This document shows positions 1 through 9,513 of a stretch of 27,996 nucleotides of DNA, in pieces; position 1 is the first letter of the stretch, and each line of letters starts with the position of its first letter. The notes below the pieces were generated by a model. That model did no database searches and had not been told where the DNA came from. It was given only the letters and a program-made list of their open reading frames with translations. The stretch is taken from positions 1-27,996 of the forward strand of contig DQNX01000088.1 in the NCBI GenBank assembly GCA_015658965.1. Reading direction: 5' to 3'. Position numbers and translations under genes: made by a program. The DNA is from Gammaproteobacteria bacterium. Lineage in GTDB: Bacteria; Pseudomonadota; Gammaproteobacteria; PS1; Pseudothioglobaceae.

Positions 1-221
1 GGATAGATGGTGCGATTCATAAGGCCTGCCATCTAGATGATAAAAGTCGTTACGAGGCTTTAAGTGAATTTTTGTTTGATTTGGAACATCCAAATTCAAC
101 ATTTTTAGTAACAGTGCAAACTGCTGAAAAGCCCGAGTTTACACTTAAGAAATATAAAGTATTAGTCGCAGTGTCTTTTGCAATTAATATATTATTATTA
201 TTGTTATTGATAGTACGTTAG
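1..221 (+). CDS. 3' end (partial) of a probable bifunctional Ser/Thr protein kinase/phosphatase with a C-terminal transmembrane helix
   Basis: Not in the ORF track. Frame 3 is open from base 3 to TAG at 219-221: IDGAIHKACHLDDKSRYEALSEFLFDLEHPN...KYKVLVAVSFAINILLLLLLIVR*. The D-x-A-x-x-K-A...RY-x-x-x-SEF-x-x-DL-x-x-PN pattern resembles the end of a Hanks-type kinase domain (invariant Arg of subdomain XI) in the PP2C-kinase fusions I recall from proteobacterial nitrate-assimilation clusters. The stop overlaps the nirB RBS. Confidence 0.65.
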   Translation, partial: IDGAIHKACHLDDKSRYEALSEFLFDLEHPNSTFLVTVQTAEKPEFTLKKYKVLVAVSFAINILLLLLLIVR

Positions 222-229
222 GAGTAGAT

Positions 230-2659
230 ATGAAAAAAATAGTATTAATCGGAAATGGCATGGCAGGTGTAAGAACCTTAGAAGAGCTATTTAAAATTAC
301 CGAAGAAAAATTTGATATTACCGTATTTGGTAGTGAGCCATATGGCAATTACAACCGTATCATGTTATCTCCAGTATTGGCAGATGAAAAAACCATTGAT
401 GAGATCATGATTAATGATCTAGATTGGTATAAAGACAATGGCATTACCTTGCATACTGATAGCACGATTACCAGTATTAATCGTAGTAGCAAAACCGTGA
501 TGGATGATAAAGGCAATAGTTATGATTATGATAAGTTATTAATTGCAACAGGTTCTAACCCATTTATCCTGCCAATTGAAGGCCATGATTTAGATGGTGT
601 GATTGGTTTTAGAGATATTTCTGACGTTGATCAAATGATTGATGCCGCCAAGAGTCACAAAAATGCGATCGTGATTGGTGGTGGTTTATTAGGGCTAGAA
701 GCGGCTAACGGCTTAATGAAGCAAGGCATGAATGTTACTGTTGTGCATTTACTTGCAGACCTTATGGAAATGCAACTTGATTCCACTGCTTCACAAATGT
801 TATTAACATCACTTATAGAGCGAGGCATGAGCTTCAAGATGGAATCTCAAACGCAAAAACTAATCGCTAATGATAGTGGCCGAGTAAAACAAATTGAGTT
901 TGCAGATGGATCTGCCATGGATACAGATTTAGTGGTCATGGCGGTCGGCATCCGACCAAACTTTGTATTAGCGCAAGAATCTGGTATTTATTGTGAGCGC
1001 GGTATTGTAGTAGACGATACTATGATGACTTATGATCCAAGCATTTATGCAGTTGGCGAATGTATTCAGCATCGTCATCTGTGTTATGGATTAGTTGCGC
1101 CATTATTTGAACAGGCCAAAGTTTGTGCTAATCATTTGGCAGGATACGGTATTGGCATATATGAAGGATCAATCACTTCTACTAAGTTAAAGGTGACTGG
1201 CATCGATCTTTTTTCTGCTGGTAATTTTAAGGGTACAGAAAATAGTGAAGATTTAGTTTTTCAAGATGCTGCCAGAGGCGTGTATAAAAAAATTGTGATT
1301 GAAAATGACACGATTATTGGCTCAGTAATGTATGGTGATACTATTGATGGATCATGGTATTTTCAATTAATGAAAGATGAAAACAATATTGCCGACATGC
1401 GTGATCGTTTATTATTTGGTCAGGCGCACGTAGGTGACTCCGGACATGGCCCGTTAGACATGGTTGCATCCATGGATGATTCGGCAGAGATTTGTGGTTG
1501 TAATGGCATCAGCAAGGGTGATATTACTAATGCTATTAATGAACAAAATTTATTCACTTTAGAAGATGTGCGTGCACACACTAAGGCTTCCAGTTCTTGT
1601 GGTTCTTGTACAGGTCTGGTAGAGCAATTAATCGCTTCGACATTGGGTGGAGAATATTCAGAATCACCTAAGAAAAAACCGATTTGTGGCTGTACAGATC
1701 ACACCAAACAAGAGGTTCATGATTTTATCTTCGACAATAATTTTGAAACGGTATTTGAAGTATTTGCCAGAATGGGCTGGGAAAATGTTGATGGTTGTCA
1801 TGTTTGTCGACCTGAGGTTAATTACTACTTATTAGCCGCCAATCCTGATTACGTAGACGATGCACAATCAAGATTTATTAATGAGCGCTCTCATGGTAAT
1901 ATCCAAAAAGATGGTACTTATTCTGTGGTACCAAGAATGTGGGGTGGTGTTACCACACCACTTGAACTTAGAACCATTGCAGATGTGGTGGATAAGTTCA
2001 ACATACCAACCATGAAAGTGACGGGTGGACAGCGTATTGATTTATTCGGTGTAACTAAAGAAGACCTGCCTAAAGTATGGAAAGATCTCAATGCAGGCGG
2101 GTTGGTTTCTGGCCATGCTTACGGTAAGTCTTTGAGAACAGTTAAGACTTGTGCAGGTGATACCTGGTGTCGATTTGGTACTAAAGACTCTATGGCAATG
2201 GGCATTAAGTTAGAAAAAATAGCCTGGGGATCGTGGATGCCACACAAGTTTAAACTGGCTGTATCAGGCTGCCCTAGAAACTGTGCTGAAGCAACTATTA
2301 AGGACTTTGGCTTGGTGGCAGTTCAATCAGGGTGGGAGCTCCATGTTGGTGGTAATGGCGGTATAAAGGTGAGAGTAACTGATTTATTAACCCGTGTTGA
2401 AAGTGAAGAAGAGGCGATTGAATATGTTGGCGCTTACATTCAGCTTTATCGTGAGGATGCTCTATATTTAGAGAGGACAGCGCCATGGATTGATCGTGTT
2501 GGCCTTTCATTTATTACTGAACAATTGGTCGATGATGAAGATAATAGAAAAGCGCTAAACGCTAGATTCTTAGTTTCTCAAGAAAAATCACAAGATGACC
2601 CATGGAAAGAGCGTGCAGAAGGTGCCCAAAGCCATCAGTTTGAAGTGATCACACTATAA
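230..2659 (+). CDS. nirB: NAD(P)H-dependent nitrite reductase large subunit
   Basis: FAD-binding GNGMAG, NADH-binding GGGLLGLE, two BFD-like [2Fe-2S] motifs (CGCNG...CGSC; CGC...GCHVC), siroheme/[4Fe-4S] ligands KTCAGDTWC and SGCPRNC. AGGAG RBS at 220-224. Confidence 0.97.
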   Translation: MKKIVLIGNGMAGVRTLEELFKITEEKFDITVFGSEPYGNYNRIMLSPVLADEKTIDEIMINDLDWYKDNGITLHTDSTITSINRSSKTVMDDKGNSYDYDKLLIATGSNPFILPIEGHDLDGVIGFRDISDVDQMIDAAKSHKNAIVIGGGLLGLEAANGLMKQGMNVTVVHLLADLMEMQLDSTASQMLLTSLIERGMSFKMESQTQKLIANDSGRVKQIEFADGSAMDTDLVVMAVGIRPNFVLAQESGIYCERGIVVDDTMMTYDPSIYAVGECIQHRHLCYGLVAPLFEQAKVCANHLAGYGIGIYEGSITSTKLKVTGIDLFSAGNFKGTENSEDLVFQDAARGVYKKIVIENDTIIGSVMYGDTIDGSWYFQLMKDENNIADMRDRLLFGQAHVGDSGHGPLDMVASMDDSAEICGCNGISKGDITNAINEQNLFTLEDVRAHTKASSSCGSCTGLVEQLIASTLGGEYSESPKKKPICGCTDHTKQEVHDFIFDNNFETVFEVFARMGWENVDGCHVCRPEVNYYLLAANPDYVDDAQSRFINERSHGNIQKDGTYSVVPRMWGGVTTPLELRTIADVVDKFNIPTMKVTGGQRIDLFGVTKEDLPKVWKDLNAGGLVSGHAYGKSLRTVKTCAGDTWCRFGTKDSMAMGIKLEKIAWGSWMPHKFKLAVSGCPRNCAEATIKDFGLVAVQSGWELHVGGNGGIKVRVTDLLTRVESEEEAIEYVGAYIQLYREDALYLERTAPWIDRVGLSFITEQLVDDEDNRKALNARFLVSQEKSQDDPWKERAEGAQSHQFEVITL

Positions 2660-2675
2660 TTATTAAGGAGTATTT

Positions 2676-2984
2676 ATGTCAAATTGGAAAGAAGTGGTAG
2701 CGTTAGATGGTATTCCAGTATTGGGATCACGAGTGTTTCGTACAGATGAAACGGAAATAGCCATTTTTCGCACTCGAGATGATAGCATTTTTGCTGTGCA
2801 TAACGCATGTCCGCATAAAGGCGGGGTTTTGTCTGAGGGTATTGTTCATGGCCATAAAGTAACCTGTCCGTTACACAACTGGGTTATTAATTTGGAAGAT
2901 GGGGAAGCACAAGGCGCTGATAAAGGTTCAACAGCCTGTTTTGAAACAAAAGTAGAATCAGGCATGGTTTATATTAATTTATAA
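2676..2984 (+). CDS. nirD: Nitrite reductase small subunit (Rieske-type)
   Basis: CPH...CPLH Rieske motifs, 102 aa, directly after nirB, AAGGAG RBS. Confidence 0.95.
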   Translation: MSNWKEVVALDGIPVLGSRVFRTDETEIAIFRTRDDSIFAVHNACPHKGGVLSEGIVHGHKVTCPLHNWVINLEDGEAQGADKGSTACFETKVESGMVYINL

Positions 2985-3034
2985 GCCTGACAAAGAATAA
3001 AGGTGATAAATTTTATTTATAAACAGTATGAGCT

Positions 3035-3190
3035 TTGAGCTGGTTGATTGTTGGGCTTATAATTGCATACAACAATGGTATTGCCGAACCGTATATGATG
3101 GCTATATTCTCCATTGGTAGTTTAATATTTGGCGATATGTTAAAGTTTATGATTAAATTGTATACTGACTTAAATATTCAGTACAAATAG
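3035..3190 (+). CDS. Candidate 51-aa small membrane protein (TTG start)
   Basis: Below the ORF-track cutoff. MSWLIVGLIIAYNNGIAEPYMMAIFSIGSLIFGDMLKFMIKLYTDLNIQYK* has two hydrophobic segments and fills most of the nirD-nasA gap. No clear RBS. Confidence 0.3.
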   Translation: MSWLIVGLIIAYNNGIAEPYMMAIFSIGSLIFGDMLKFMIKLYTDLNIQYK

Positions 3191-3210
3191 AAATTAACTA
3201 GGATAGATCA

Positions 3211-5415
3211 ATGTTACTCAATAGAACTCAAAAAAACCCGATCAAGATTACTGACAAAAAGATTGTCGAATGGAAATATGCCACTTGTGGTTATTGTTCT
3301 ACAGGCTGCTCTATGGAAATAGGATTTAATAAAGAGAACCATGCAGTTTCTTCCAGGGGTGTGGGTGGCGCTGATGTAAATCGTGGCAAGTTATGTCTTA
3401 AAGGAATTATGGAACATGAATTGTTTGCTTCAGCAGGACGTGGCGATAAGCCGTTGATTCGCAAGCACTGGCATGAAGAATTTGAACAGACTGACTGGGA
3501 TACAGCACTAGATGACGTGGCTGATAATATTAAAAAAGTTCAAGCTAAATATGGTCGTGACTCTGTAGCGATTATTTCTACAGGTCAAATGTTGAGTGAA
3601 GAATTTTATACTTTAGGAAAATTAAATCGTGGCTTGATTGGCACCAACAATTATGATGGCAACACCACACTTTGTATGGCATCAGCGGTATCTGGTTATA
3701 AACGCTCATTTGGCTCAGACGGCCCGCCAGGGTGTTATGAAGATTTTGAACATACAGACTGTTTAATTGCTTGGGGTTCAAACTTGCCTGAACAACACCC
3801 GATTATTTATTGGAGAATGAAAGAAGCGCAAGAAAAGCGTAATTTTCCACTCATTGTCGTTGATCCACGTGTCACCATATTTGCTCAGAGTGCAGATATA
3901 CATCTCACCGTCACTCCTGGTACAGATATTGTTTTACAAAATGCATTGATGCACGTGATTCTGAATGAAGGACTACAAGATGAAGACTACATTAAGAAAA
4001 ATACCAATGGTTATGACGAACTGAAAGCGGAGGTCGATAAGTATGACCCAACGACTGCGGCTAAAATTTGCGGTATTGACGAAGATACCATTCGTGTGGT
4101 CGCCAGACTGTTTGCTAAGGCAGGTGCAGCAATGCAAATCTGGACCATGGGTATTAATCAATCTACGCATGGATCTGATGGTGTAGTGGGTATTAACAAT
4201 CTGGCGCTTATTACCGGTAATATCGGTATACCAGGCGGTACAAGTTTGTCGATTACTGGCCAATGTAATGCGATGGGCACCCGAGAATGGTCATCATGCT
4301 CAGGCTTGCCGAATTATCGTGCGTTAGAGAATCCTCAGGATAGAGACGATATTGCTAAATTCTGGAATATTGATGTAGATTTCTTACCAACTAAGCGTGG
4401 TATGTTGCAAACAGATATCTTCCGAGCTATTGAAACCGGTGAAATTAAAGCGTTGTGGCTAATTGCCACCAATCCATTGTCTTCTTTACCTAATACAGCC
4501 AGAATTAGAAAGGCAATGGAGAGGCTAGAGTATTGTGTAGTGCAAGATTGTTACGAAGATACTGAAAGTGCACAATATGCCAATGTATTTTTACCCGCAG
4601 GTACGTGGGCAGAAAAAACTGGCGTAATGACCAATACTGAAAGACGAGTCAATATAGTACGCGGTATTATTGAGCCAAATGGTGATTCGAAGCCAGATTT
4701 TTGGATTTTCAATGAAATGTCCAAACGTTTTAATACCGAAGGAAAGGTAAACTTTCCGACAGAAACTCACGAGGTTTTTGAGGAGATGAAGGTCCTATCT
4801 AAAGGCCGTTTGTGTGATATTTCAGGCATGGATTATGACAAAATTGAAAAGAATCGTGGTATTCAGTGGCCATATACCCAAGAACAGGCAGATAATGGAG
4901 AGCAACCCCCAGCAGGAGGTAAGCGTATCTATACAGAAGACACGACATTTAGATTTGAGGATGGTAAAGCCAAACTCATACCGTTGCCATTTGTTGATAA
5001 TAACGAAGTGCCTGATGAAAGGTATCCAATTTGGTTGAATACTGGCCGTCTAGTCGAGCATTGGCATGGCCGTAGTAAAACTGGAAAAGTGGCCAACAAT
5101 AATAAATTTAGCCCGATTCCATTTATTGAAATTAACCCAGATTTGGCGATAGAAATTGGCGCTAGGGATGGTGACTATGTGCGATTAGTATCTAGACGAT
5201 CAGATGCAATTGTAATGGCCAAGTTTACTAATCGTGTAGCAAAGAATATGGTGTTTTTACCATTCCATTTTCATGATTGCGCAAATCGTTTAACGCTTGG
5301 TTTATTAGACCCTTATTCAAGACAGCCAGCATATAAACAGCAAGCAATAAGGATTGAGACCATTGAAGATCAAAAATCAGCGGCACAGTTAAGTATGGAA
5401 ATGAGAGAATATTAG
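3211..5415 (+). CDS. nasA: Mo-bisPGD oxidoreductase, NasA/NarB-type assimilatory nitrate reductase catalytic subunit
   Basis: N-terminal [4Fe-4S] motif CGYCSTGC...GKLCLKG; Mo-ligand Cys in TTLCMASAVSGY; TGQCNAMGTRE matches the NasA/NapA GQPNAMGGRE motif; C-terminal LNTGR..EHWH molybdopterin-dinucleotide domain; no twin-arginine signal; follows nirBD. Confidence 0.85.
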   Translation: MLLNRTQKNPIKITDKKIVEWKYATCGYCSTGCSMEIGFNKENHAVSSRGVGGADVNRGKLCLKGIMEHELFASAGRGDKPLIRKHWHEEFEQTDWDTALDDVADNIKKVQAKYGRDSVAIISTGQMLSEEFYTLGKLNRGLIGTNNYDGNTTLCMASAVSGYKRSFGSDGPPGCYEDFEHTDCLIAWGSNLPEQHPIIYWRMKEAQEKRNFPLIVVDPRVTIFAQSADIHLTVTPGTDIVLQNALMHVILNEGLQDEDYIKKNTNGYDELKAEVDKYDPTTAAKICGIDEDTIRVVARLFAKAGAAMQIWTMGINQSTHGSDGVVGINNLALITGNIGIPGGTSLSITGQCNAMGTREWSSCSGLPNYRALENPQDRDDIAKFWNIDVDFLPTKRGMLQTDIFRAIETGEIKALWLIATNPLSSLPNTARIRKAMERLEYCVVQDCYEDTESAQYANVFLPAGTWAEKTGVMTNTERRVNIVRGIIEPNGDSKPDFWIFNEMSKRFNTEGKVNFPTETHEVFEEMKVLSKGRLCDISGMDYDKIEKNRGIQWPYTQEQADNGEQPPAGGKRIYTEDTTFRFEDGKAKLIPLPFVDNNEVPDERYPIWLNTGRLVEHWHGRSKTGKVANNNKFSPIPFIEINPDLAIEIGARDGDYVRLVSRRSDAIVMAKFTNRVAKNMVFLPFHFHDCANRLTLGLLDPYSRQPAYKQQAIRIETIEDQKSAAQLSMEMREY

Positions 5416-5423
5416 GAACTATT

Positions 5424-7292
5424 ATGTGGAAAGTGAGAGACGACGAACCAAAAAATGCTTTTTTATGGGATAAAGAAACCAAAGAGAAGAATATCTATGG
5501 CCATTCGATAGAAAAAACCAGTGATGACAGCCCTCTGCGTAATCAGAGTCTAAATATTAATGGCGATAGTAGTGTCGGAGATAATCCAAATCGTTACAAG
5601 CAACATGGCTTTTACTTTAATGCAGATAATTGTATTGGTTGTCATGCTTGTGAATCAGCTTGTAGTGAAAAAAATGACGTTCCTGATCATATAGCATTCC
5701 GTTCAGTTGGCTTTGTTGAAGGCGGATCTTATCCTAATTATCAACGTCTTAATCTTTCTATGGCTTGTAATCATTGTGATGACCCAGTATGTTTGAAGGG
5801 TTGTCCAACACGAGCGTATACTAAATTTGCAGAATACGGCGCTGTATTACAAGATCCAGATATTTGCTTTGGTTGTGGTTATTGCACATGGGTCTGTCCC
5901 TACAATGCACCACAACTAGACCCTGTAAAAGGTCAAGTGAGTAAGTGTAATATGTGTGTGGATCGTCTTGAAGTAGGTCTTCAGCCTGCTTGTGTTGCTG
6001 CTTGTTTGGGGAATGCATTAGATTTTGGTGTGATTGAAAATCTACCTAAGGACAGGGAACAAGCAAAAGTTTCGATTCCAGGTTTTCCAGATCCTAAAAT
6101 TACCCAACCTAATATCCGTTTCCAACAAACTAAAGATACACAGCGAGATATGACCAGACCTGACGGTATGCCAATTAAATATCACAAACAAGATAATGGT
6201 GAATTTAAATCTGTTGTCGATATTGATAAGCATTCATCTAAGAAATATTGGGGTATGCAAAAATTATTGCATTCTCATGAGAATGCACACGCTATCTTTA
6301 CCTTGTGTAGTCAAGCAGCGATGGGTGCAACATTGTGGGTTATTGCATCTCAATTATTAAATTTAGGAGCAGTAAAATCAACCAGCGGTAATGGCATGAT
6401 TCCAATGATTGCAATATTATTAATTCTATTAACCTATGGTTTGATTAAGCTTAATTTACACTTAGGTAAACCACAATTCTTCTATCGTGGTTATTACAAT
6501 CTACGATGGTCTCCAGTTAGTAGAGAAATTGCAGGTGTGACTTTGTTTGTCATTGGTTTGATGATGATGCTATTTGTAGAAATCACAGGATTGAAAATAT
6601 TTGAATATTTTGCTTATGCTGTTACAATTATCGGCTTTGCGTTAGGCTCTTACTATATGTATAAGCTTTACCGTATACCAGCTAGACCATTTTGGGATCA
6701 TTGGCAAACAGGCAGTGCTTTTTACGGCACAGCGCTCAGTCTTGGAAGTTTGGTATTTGGTTTATTGCTAATGCCATTTGGATTGAGCGATGCGGGCATT
6801 ATGCAAATTGCTTCGATTGCTATGTTAGGGTTGGTCTTAGAAAGCATTGGACATATTGTTCATCGCCAAGATGTGAAAAAATTTGGTGAAAGTCAAGCCT
6901 CTTATTTTGAGCAGGTAACGACATTTGGTAAAACTTACCAGATGCGCAATACGCTGTTAGGTGTTAATATGGCTATCATGGTATGGTTAATAATGGAGCC
7001 AAGTGCTTTATTGCTTGCTATGAGTTTTGTATCTGTCTTAGTTTCAGCATATTTGGGTAGGATTTTATTCTATGCCTTGGTGATTCCAACGACGATGCCA
7101 GGTGGTTTTTTCTGGAAGAATGATAAGTTCAAAGAACATGCAATTGAGACGGGATTAGCTGATATGCCACAAATGGGTGTCATGGCAGACCGTCATCATA
7201 AGTTTGACGTTAAAGCGTTGATTGCTGTGATTAAACAGACGACTTTTAAAGAGGCATTTACCCAGATAAAGTCAATCGTTAGAGGTGGCTAG
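5424..7292 (+). CDS. Fusion of DmsB-like 4x[4Fe-4S] ferredoxin and DmsC/NrfD-like membrane anchor
   Basis: Four Cys groups ([11 protein letters not shown]; [14 protein letters not shown]; [12 protein letters not shown]; CNMC...PACVAAC), then about 8 hydrophobic helices with HLGKP and SREI motifs typical of DmsC/YnfH anchors. Confidence 0.88.
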   Translation: MWKVRDDEPKNAFLWDKETKEKNIYGHSIEKTSDDSPLRNQSLNINGDSSVGDNPNRYKQHGFYFNADNCIGCHACESACSEKNDVPDHIAFRSVGFVEGGSYPNYQRLNLSMACNHCDDPVCLKGCPTRAYTKFAEYGAVLQDPDICFGCGYCTWVCPYNAPQLDPVKGQVSKCNMCVDRLEVGLQPACVAACLGNALDFGVIENLPKDREQAKVSIPGFPDPKITQPNIRFQQTKDTQRDMTRPDGMPIKYHKQDNGEFKSVVDIDKHSSKKYWGMQKLLHSHENAHAIFTLCSQAAMGATLWVIASQLLNLGAVKSTSGNGMIPMIAILLILLTYGLIKLNLHLGKPQFFYRGYYNLRWSPVSREIAGVTLFVIGLMMMLFVEITGLKIFEYFAYAVTIIGFALGSYYMYKLYRIPARPFWDHWQTGSAFYGTALSLGSLVFGLLLMPFGLSDAGIMQIASIAMLGLVLESIGHIVHRQDVKKFGESQASYFEQVTTFGKTYQMRNTLLGVNMAIMVWLIMEPSALLLAMSFVSVLVSAYLGRILFYALVIPTTMPGGFFWKNDKFKEHAIETGLADMPQMGVMADRHHKFDVKALIAVIKQTTFKEAFTQIKSIVRGG

Positions 7293-8332
7293 ATTGACAC
7301 AATTGGCAGCGTAATGCGACTGTCAAAGTGTGGCCATTCATAACGAATTGGGTAGTTTCTACGGTAAATTTCAAAATTTTCAATATTTTTTATTGCGACT
7401 GTGTCTTGTTTAAAATTGTAAATTTCATTGATAGAATCAAGTAAATTATCACTATTTAGCACTAAAACACCCGGATTTATTAAATTTTTGATGCTATTTC
7501 GTTGTTTTTGGTCAGTAAAGCTGCATAAATCTTCATAAACCATGAAACTACCCATAAACTTAGCATCAACTGAGTGTCCAGCGATATGAGGAGAGGCTAA
7601 ATAGGCCGTTTTTTGTAGATTTTGGTTAATATTTGGCTCGTTTTCCCAGCAATCAATGATATTTTCCAGCGTTTGGGTTTTTTCCCAAATTTCTTCATCG
7701 ATAACACCACCTCTTGCGGCGTTAAAAAGGATGGTTTTGTCACTAATATGATGAAAATTAGCCTGATTTAGCAACTTGAAGCTCGGATATTCGCCGTCAA
7801 AGGTCAGCGGCGTGTGAAAAGTAACCATATCAGCACTTAACGCGGTATCAAGATCAACAAAATTTGGCAAATTTTCATTATCCTGACGAATAGGATCGTT
7901 AAGCAGGGTTTTGACACCTAAAAGCTTGGCTTTTGCCGCTAAGCGCGAGCCAACATTACCCACACCAATAATCCCTAAGGTTTTTTCTCGATAATTAAAG
8001 TTATGCTTGTTAGCTAGATTGATAATCGTGCTAATCACAAATTCAGCCACTGCCATCGAGTTGCAACCTTGTGCTGAGAAAAATCGAATATTGTTATCCT
8101 TAAGGTATTGCTGGTCAACATGATCAAGCCCAGCGACTGTAGAGCCTACAAATTTAATACAGCTACCCTCGAGTAGTGCTTGATCAACTTTGGTACGTGA
8201 GCGTACAATTAAAACGTCAGAATCTTTAACGGATTTAGCGTTAATATCGCGCCCAGCCATAGCAGTAATTTCACCAAATTGAGAAAAAATTTCATTATAG
8301 GCATAGCAAGTATCGTCAATAATTAGTTTCAT
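7289..8332 (-). CDS. pdxB: Erythronate-4-phosphate dehydrogenase
   Basis: [46 protein letters not shown] motifs of PdxB. Confidence 0.92.
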   Translation of the reverse strand: MKLIIDDTCYAYNEIFSQFGEITAMAGRDINAKSVKDSDVLIVRSRTKVDQALLEGSCIKFVGSTVAGLDHVDQQYLKDNNIRFFSAQGCNSMAVAEFVISTIINLANKHNFNYREKTLGIIGVGNVGSRLAAKAKLLGVKTLLNDPIRQDNENLPNFVDLDTALSADMVTFHTPLTFDGEYPSFKLLNQANFHHISDKTILFNAARGGVIDEEIWEKTQTLENIIDCWENEPNINQNLQKTAYLASPHIAGHSVDAKFMGSFMVYEDLCSFTDQKQRNSIKNLINPGVLVLNSDNLLDSINEIYNFKQDTVAIKNIENFEIYRRNYPIRYEWPHFDSRITLPIVSI

Positions 8333-8334
8333 GG

Positions 8335-8988
8335 TTACCAGTTAATGGGGTGTAGATTATGCATTTTAAGGTACTCGTTAGTTTGAGAAAAATGTTTGCA
8401 ACCAAAAAAACCTTTATGTGCAGAAAAGGGTGAAGGGTGTGCAGCCGTTAAAACTAAGTGTTTATTCAGATCAATCTGCTCTATTTTTTGTTGAGCATAT
8501 GCGCCCCATAATATAAATACCAAGTTTTGTTTCTTTTCATTGAGTATATCAATCACTGTGTCAGTAAAGTTAACCCAGCCGGATTTAGCATGCGATGCTG
8601 GCGAGTTTTTTTCAACCGTGAGTACGCTGTTGAGTAGCAGTATGCCTTGTGATGCCCAATGGGTTAAATTTCCATTTTTGCTGGGTTTGATATTAAGATC
8701 TAATTCCAGTTCTTGATAAATATTTTTCAATGATGGTGGAATGGTAATGCCATCAGGCACTGAAAAGCTTAAACCATGCGCTTGCCCTTCATTATGATAA
8801 GGGTCTTGCCCGAGAATAACGACCTTAGTATTGTCAAAACTACTTAAATTAAAGGCATTAAAAATTTCATCTTTAGGCGGATAGATAATTTTATTGTGGG
8901 TGGATTCGTATTCTAGAAATTCAAGCAGCTGTTGATAGTAATCCTGCTCAAAAATAAAATCTAACTCCCTAGACCAGTCATCTGTCAA
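8335..8988 (-). CDS. ung: Uracil-DNA glycosylase
   Basis: [36 protein letters not shown] family-1 UDG motifs. The ORF extends to a GTG at 9003; the TTG at 8988 overlapping the upstream stop (TTGA) is my preferred start. Confidence 0.96.
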   Translation of the reverse strand: MTDDWSRELDFIFEQDYYQQLLEFLEYESTHNKIIYPPKDEIFNAFNLSSFDNTKVVILGQDPYHNEGQAHGLSFSVPDGITIPPSLKNIYQELELDLNIKPSKNGNLTHWASQGILLLNSVLTVEKNSPASHAKSGWVNFTDTVIDILNEKKQNLVFILWGAYAQQKIEQIDLNKHLVLTAAHPSPFSAHKGFFGCKHFSQTNEYLKMHNLHPINW

Positions 8989-9485
8989 AGTCCAGCCCAC
9001 CACAACCTTAGTCGGTAACCCAGTGTTGTGGTGTAGCCCACTTCAACAAATTGTATGCGACCTTGGGTGTTAATAAAGAAACTACTGGGCGTACCTTTAA
9101 CACCAAACAGTCTGGATAAAGAGCCAGAACGGTCATTGATGATATTGTCCAGTTTAAGTTTGTTTTCTTCAGCGTATTTTATAATGTCTTCATTAGTACC
9201 TGATTGAATCGCAATATTAAGTACTTTATAGTCTTTAGATAAAGCCTGAATGTTGTCATTTTCTACTTCGCAAACCGGACACCAAGTTGCCCAAAAATGA
9301 ATCAAAATAGCTTGGTCAGGCAGAGGATTGGAATTCATAACTTCGCCGGTTAGTGTTTTAGAGCTAAAACCAGGGGTCATGCCTTGGGTAAGATCTTGTT
9401 GTTGCCATGCACGGATGACAAAAATAGCTAAAATAACCATCATAAATTTCATAACGGTCTTACGGTTTGGTCGTTTGATTTGCAT
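8985..9485 (-). CDS. TlpA/ResA-like thioredoxin-fold protein disulfide oxidoreductase, N-terminally membrane-anchored
   Basis: HFWATWCPVC active site, GTPSSFFI cis-Pro loop, hydrophobic N-terminus. Alternative start ATG 9452. Confidence 0.85.
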   Translation of the reverse strand: MQIKRPNRKTVMKFMMVILAIFVIRAWQQQDLTQGMTPGFSSKTLTGEVMNSNPLPDQAILIHFWATWCPVCEVENDNIQALSKDYKVLNIAIQSGTNEDIIKYAEENKLKLDNIINDRSGSLSRLFGVKGTPSSFFINTQGRIQFVEVGYTTTLGYRLRLWWAGL

Positions 9486-9492
9486 GTTGCCT

Positions 9493-9498
9493 ATTATA
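9493..9498 (-). promoter_or_regulatory. Candidate sigma70 -10 box for the redoxin-ung-pdxB unit
   Basis: Perfect TATAAT on the minus strand just upstream of the redoxin gene; no convincing -35. Confidence 0.3.
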
Positions 9499-9513
9499 AC
9501 TTAAGGATTGAGG

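Noticed and set aside
3052-3067. Possible sigma54 promoter TGGGCTTATAATTGCA (GG-N10-GC) upstream of nasA
   Set aside because: Spacing and TTGCA fit, but the -24 element (TGGGCT versus TGGCAC) is poor, it lies about 145 nt from the start inside a candidate ORF, and nothing here shows the organism has rpoN.
3028-3120. 30-aa ATG ORF MSFELVDCWAYNCIQQWYCRTVYDGYILHW
   Set aside because: Very short, no RBS, unnatural composition, and it overlaps the longer hydrophobic frame.
3163-3183. NarL/NarP heptamer pair (TACTGAC / TACTGAA)
   Set aside because: Each half matches TACYNMT at only 6 of 7 positions and the spacing is 7 nt rather than the canonical 2 nt.
3211-7292. Interpretation as SoeABC sulfite dehydrogenase, DMSO reductase or periplasmic Nap
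   Set aside because: Catalytic motifs are NasA/NarB-like with a Cys ligand, there is no Tat signal or napB/C/D, and the genes follow nirBD.
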